DNA of 52,351 bases, filler included, from Sphacelaria rigidula (Eukaryota): NCBI GenBank assembly GCA_964200075.2. It is 4 parts of 4 records of this genome, joined end to end, with 100 filler letters (N's around TTAATTAATTAA, not from the genome) between each part and the next. Parts side by side here need not be neighbours in the genome. Positions count along the whole stretch, not along the records: positions 39,340 to 52,351 come from CAXNAA020003231.1; 3 more parts are not named here. One strand, written 5' to 3'. The translations under genes were made by a program, and so were the position numbers. Positions 51,600-52,351 of this stretch are shown piece after piece (position 1 is the first letter of the stretch; each line of letters begins with the position of its first letter). The notes under the pieces were generated by a model. It had not been told where the DNA came from, made no database searches, and saw nothing but the letters and a program-made list of their open reading frames with translations.

Positions 51600-52351
51600 T
51601 TCTGCAACGGACCCTTGCCGGCGTACCTGGCAAGGTGGCAACGTCTCCTTGCAGGTAGCACCACAACTTCCGGACACAGCGTGCTGACAGCTTGGCAACC
51701 AGCAACGTGGTTGTAGCGGTATTCCTCTGGCGGCATCAACTTGGAGTACGGTGCTTGACGTGTTTATTTTGGCGATTGTCCCACTTTCACTTCGCTCATA
51801 TGTTGCGGATTGTTTCACGATCTCTCCGCGCAACATTTTATGTGGGAATATATCACACCATGGACGAGGTCGTAGCAAGGGGTGGTATCCCACGTACACA
51901 TGGACCACAGCCCAAGCGTCTGCGTTCATGTGGCGAACTGCATCTGACGGCGGCGACTAAAAAGAGCGCAGGGCTAGGCTAAGGATGTGACGTGCTACGG
52001 TGTGCTATGTCACCGATACCCTGCCGCTATGCAGTGAGCAGGTAGTACCGCCCAAGGCGTCACTGCTGCGGTTGGTACGCAGTCCCGCACAGTGCGCAAG
52101 CAGTATATTACATTTATGATTTGAGACCAGAGCGCGTTGGGTAGGGCAGATCTGTAGAGAACCCTGCACCAACTCTGCCCTGCACTCCCGGACACGGATC
52201 TCGTTTCAGCGGCAATGGCTTCCGATGTGTGCTGTGACGGACCTCGTGCGTTATGCCGCTTTCTCCACCACGGGGGGTCGCCGGTGACGCCAGCTGCTCG
52301 TGCTGACAGTGACCACTCCTCTTCGCACGATAACCTCCCCTCTGAGCACAA
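51600..52351 (-). mobile_element. Decayed Ty1/copia retrotransposon fragment (integrase C-terminus to RT start)
   Basis: RVLYRSALPNALWSQIINVIYCLRT...PTAAVTP matches the copia pattern ML..SxLPxxLWxEA...YLxNR.P...TP. RHMNADAW...YVGY matches KLxxKAxxGxFVGY. Frameshifted RYN/LVAK...KETLPP matches RYKARLVAKG...ETFAP. The motifs are in copia order. Confidence 0.55.

Overview
Eukaryotic, intron-rich and repeat-rich draft scaffold, most likely from a brown alga (Phaeophyceae), judged from the EsV-1-7 repeat gene, many short GT-AG exons and ~0.3-4 kb introns. It has three synthetic 100-bp scaffold spacers and one small N gap. Genes I can assemble by eye: (1) the first three coding exons of a minus-strand copine with an N-terminal MGCSNS acylation motif, running off the left edge; (2) a small plus-strand single-exon ORF with one hydrophobic segment; (3) a multi-exon, divergent non-RD protein kinase (catalytic loop HNDFAMEN, DFG) that carries several lesions and is probably a pseudogene; (4) 11 phase-consistent exons of cactin, whose conserved C-terminal part is not in the window; (5) a minus-strand EsV-1-7 Cys/His repeat gene with 14 (+1 degenerate) repeats of ~38 aa, split by a 1-bp insertion. 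Mobile DNA includes a tRNA-derived SINE family, a piggyBac-like MITE family, a ~135-bp-arm inverted repeat, decayed Ty1/copia fragments and weaker Mutator/SWIM and BED/hAT relics. The two leads most worth pursuing are the EsV-1-7 array, whose variation is concentrated at fixed positions like a modular recognition code, and the kinase next to a convergent transposase-like relic, a possible cargo-carrying transposon. All calls come from manual reading; no searches were run.
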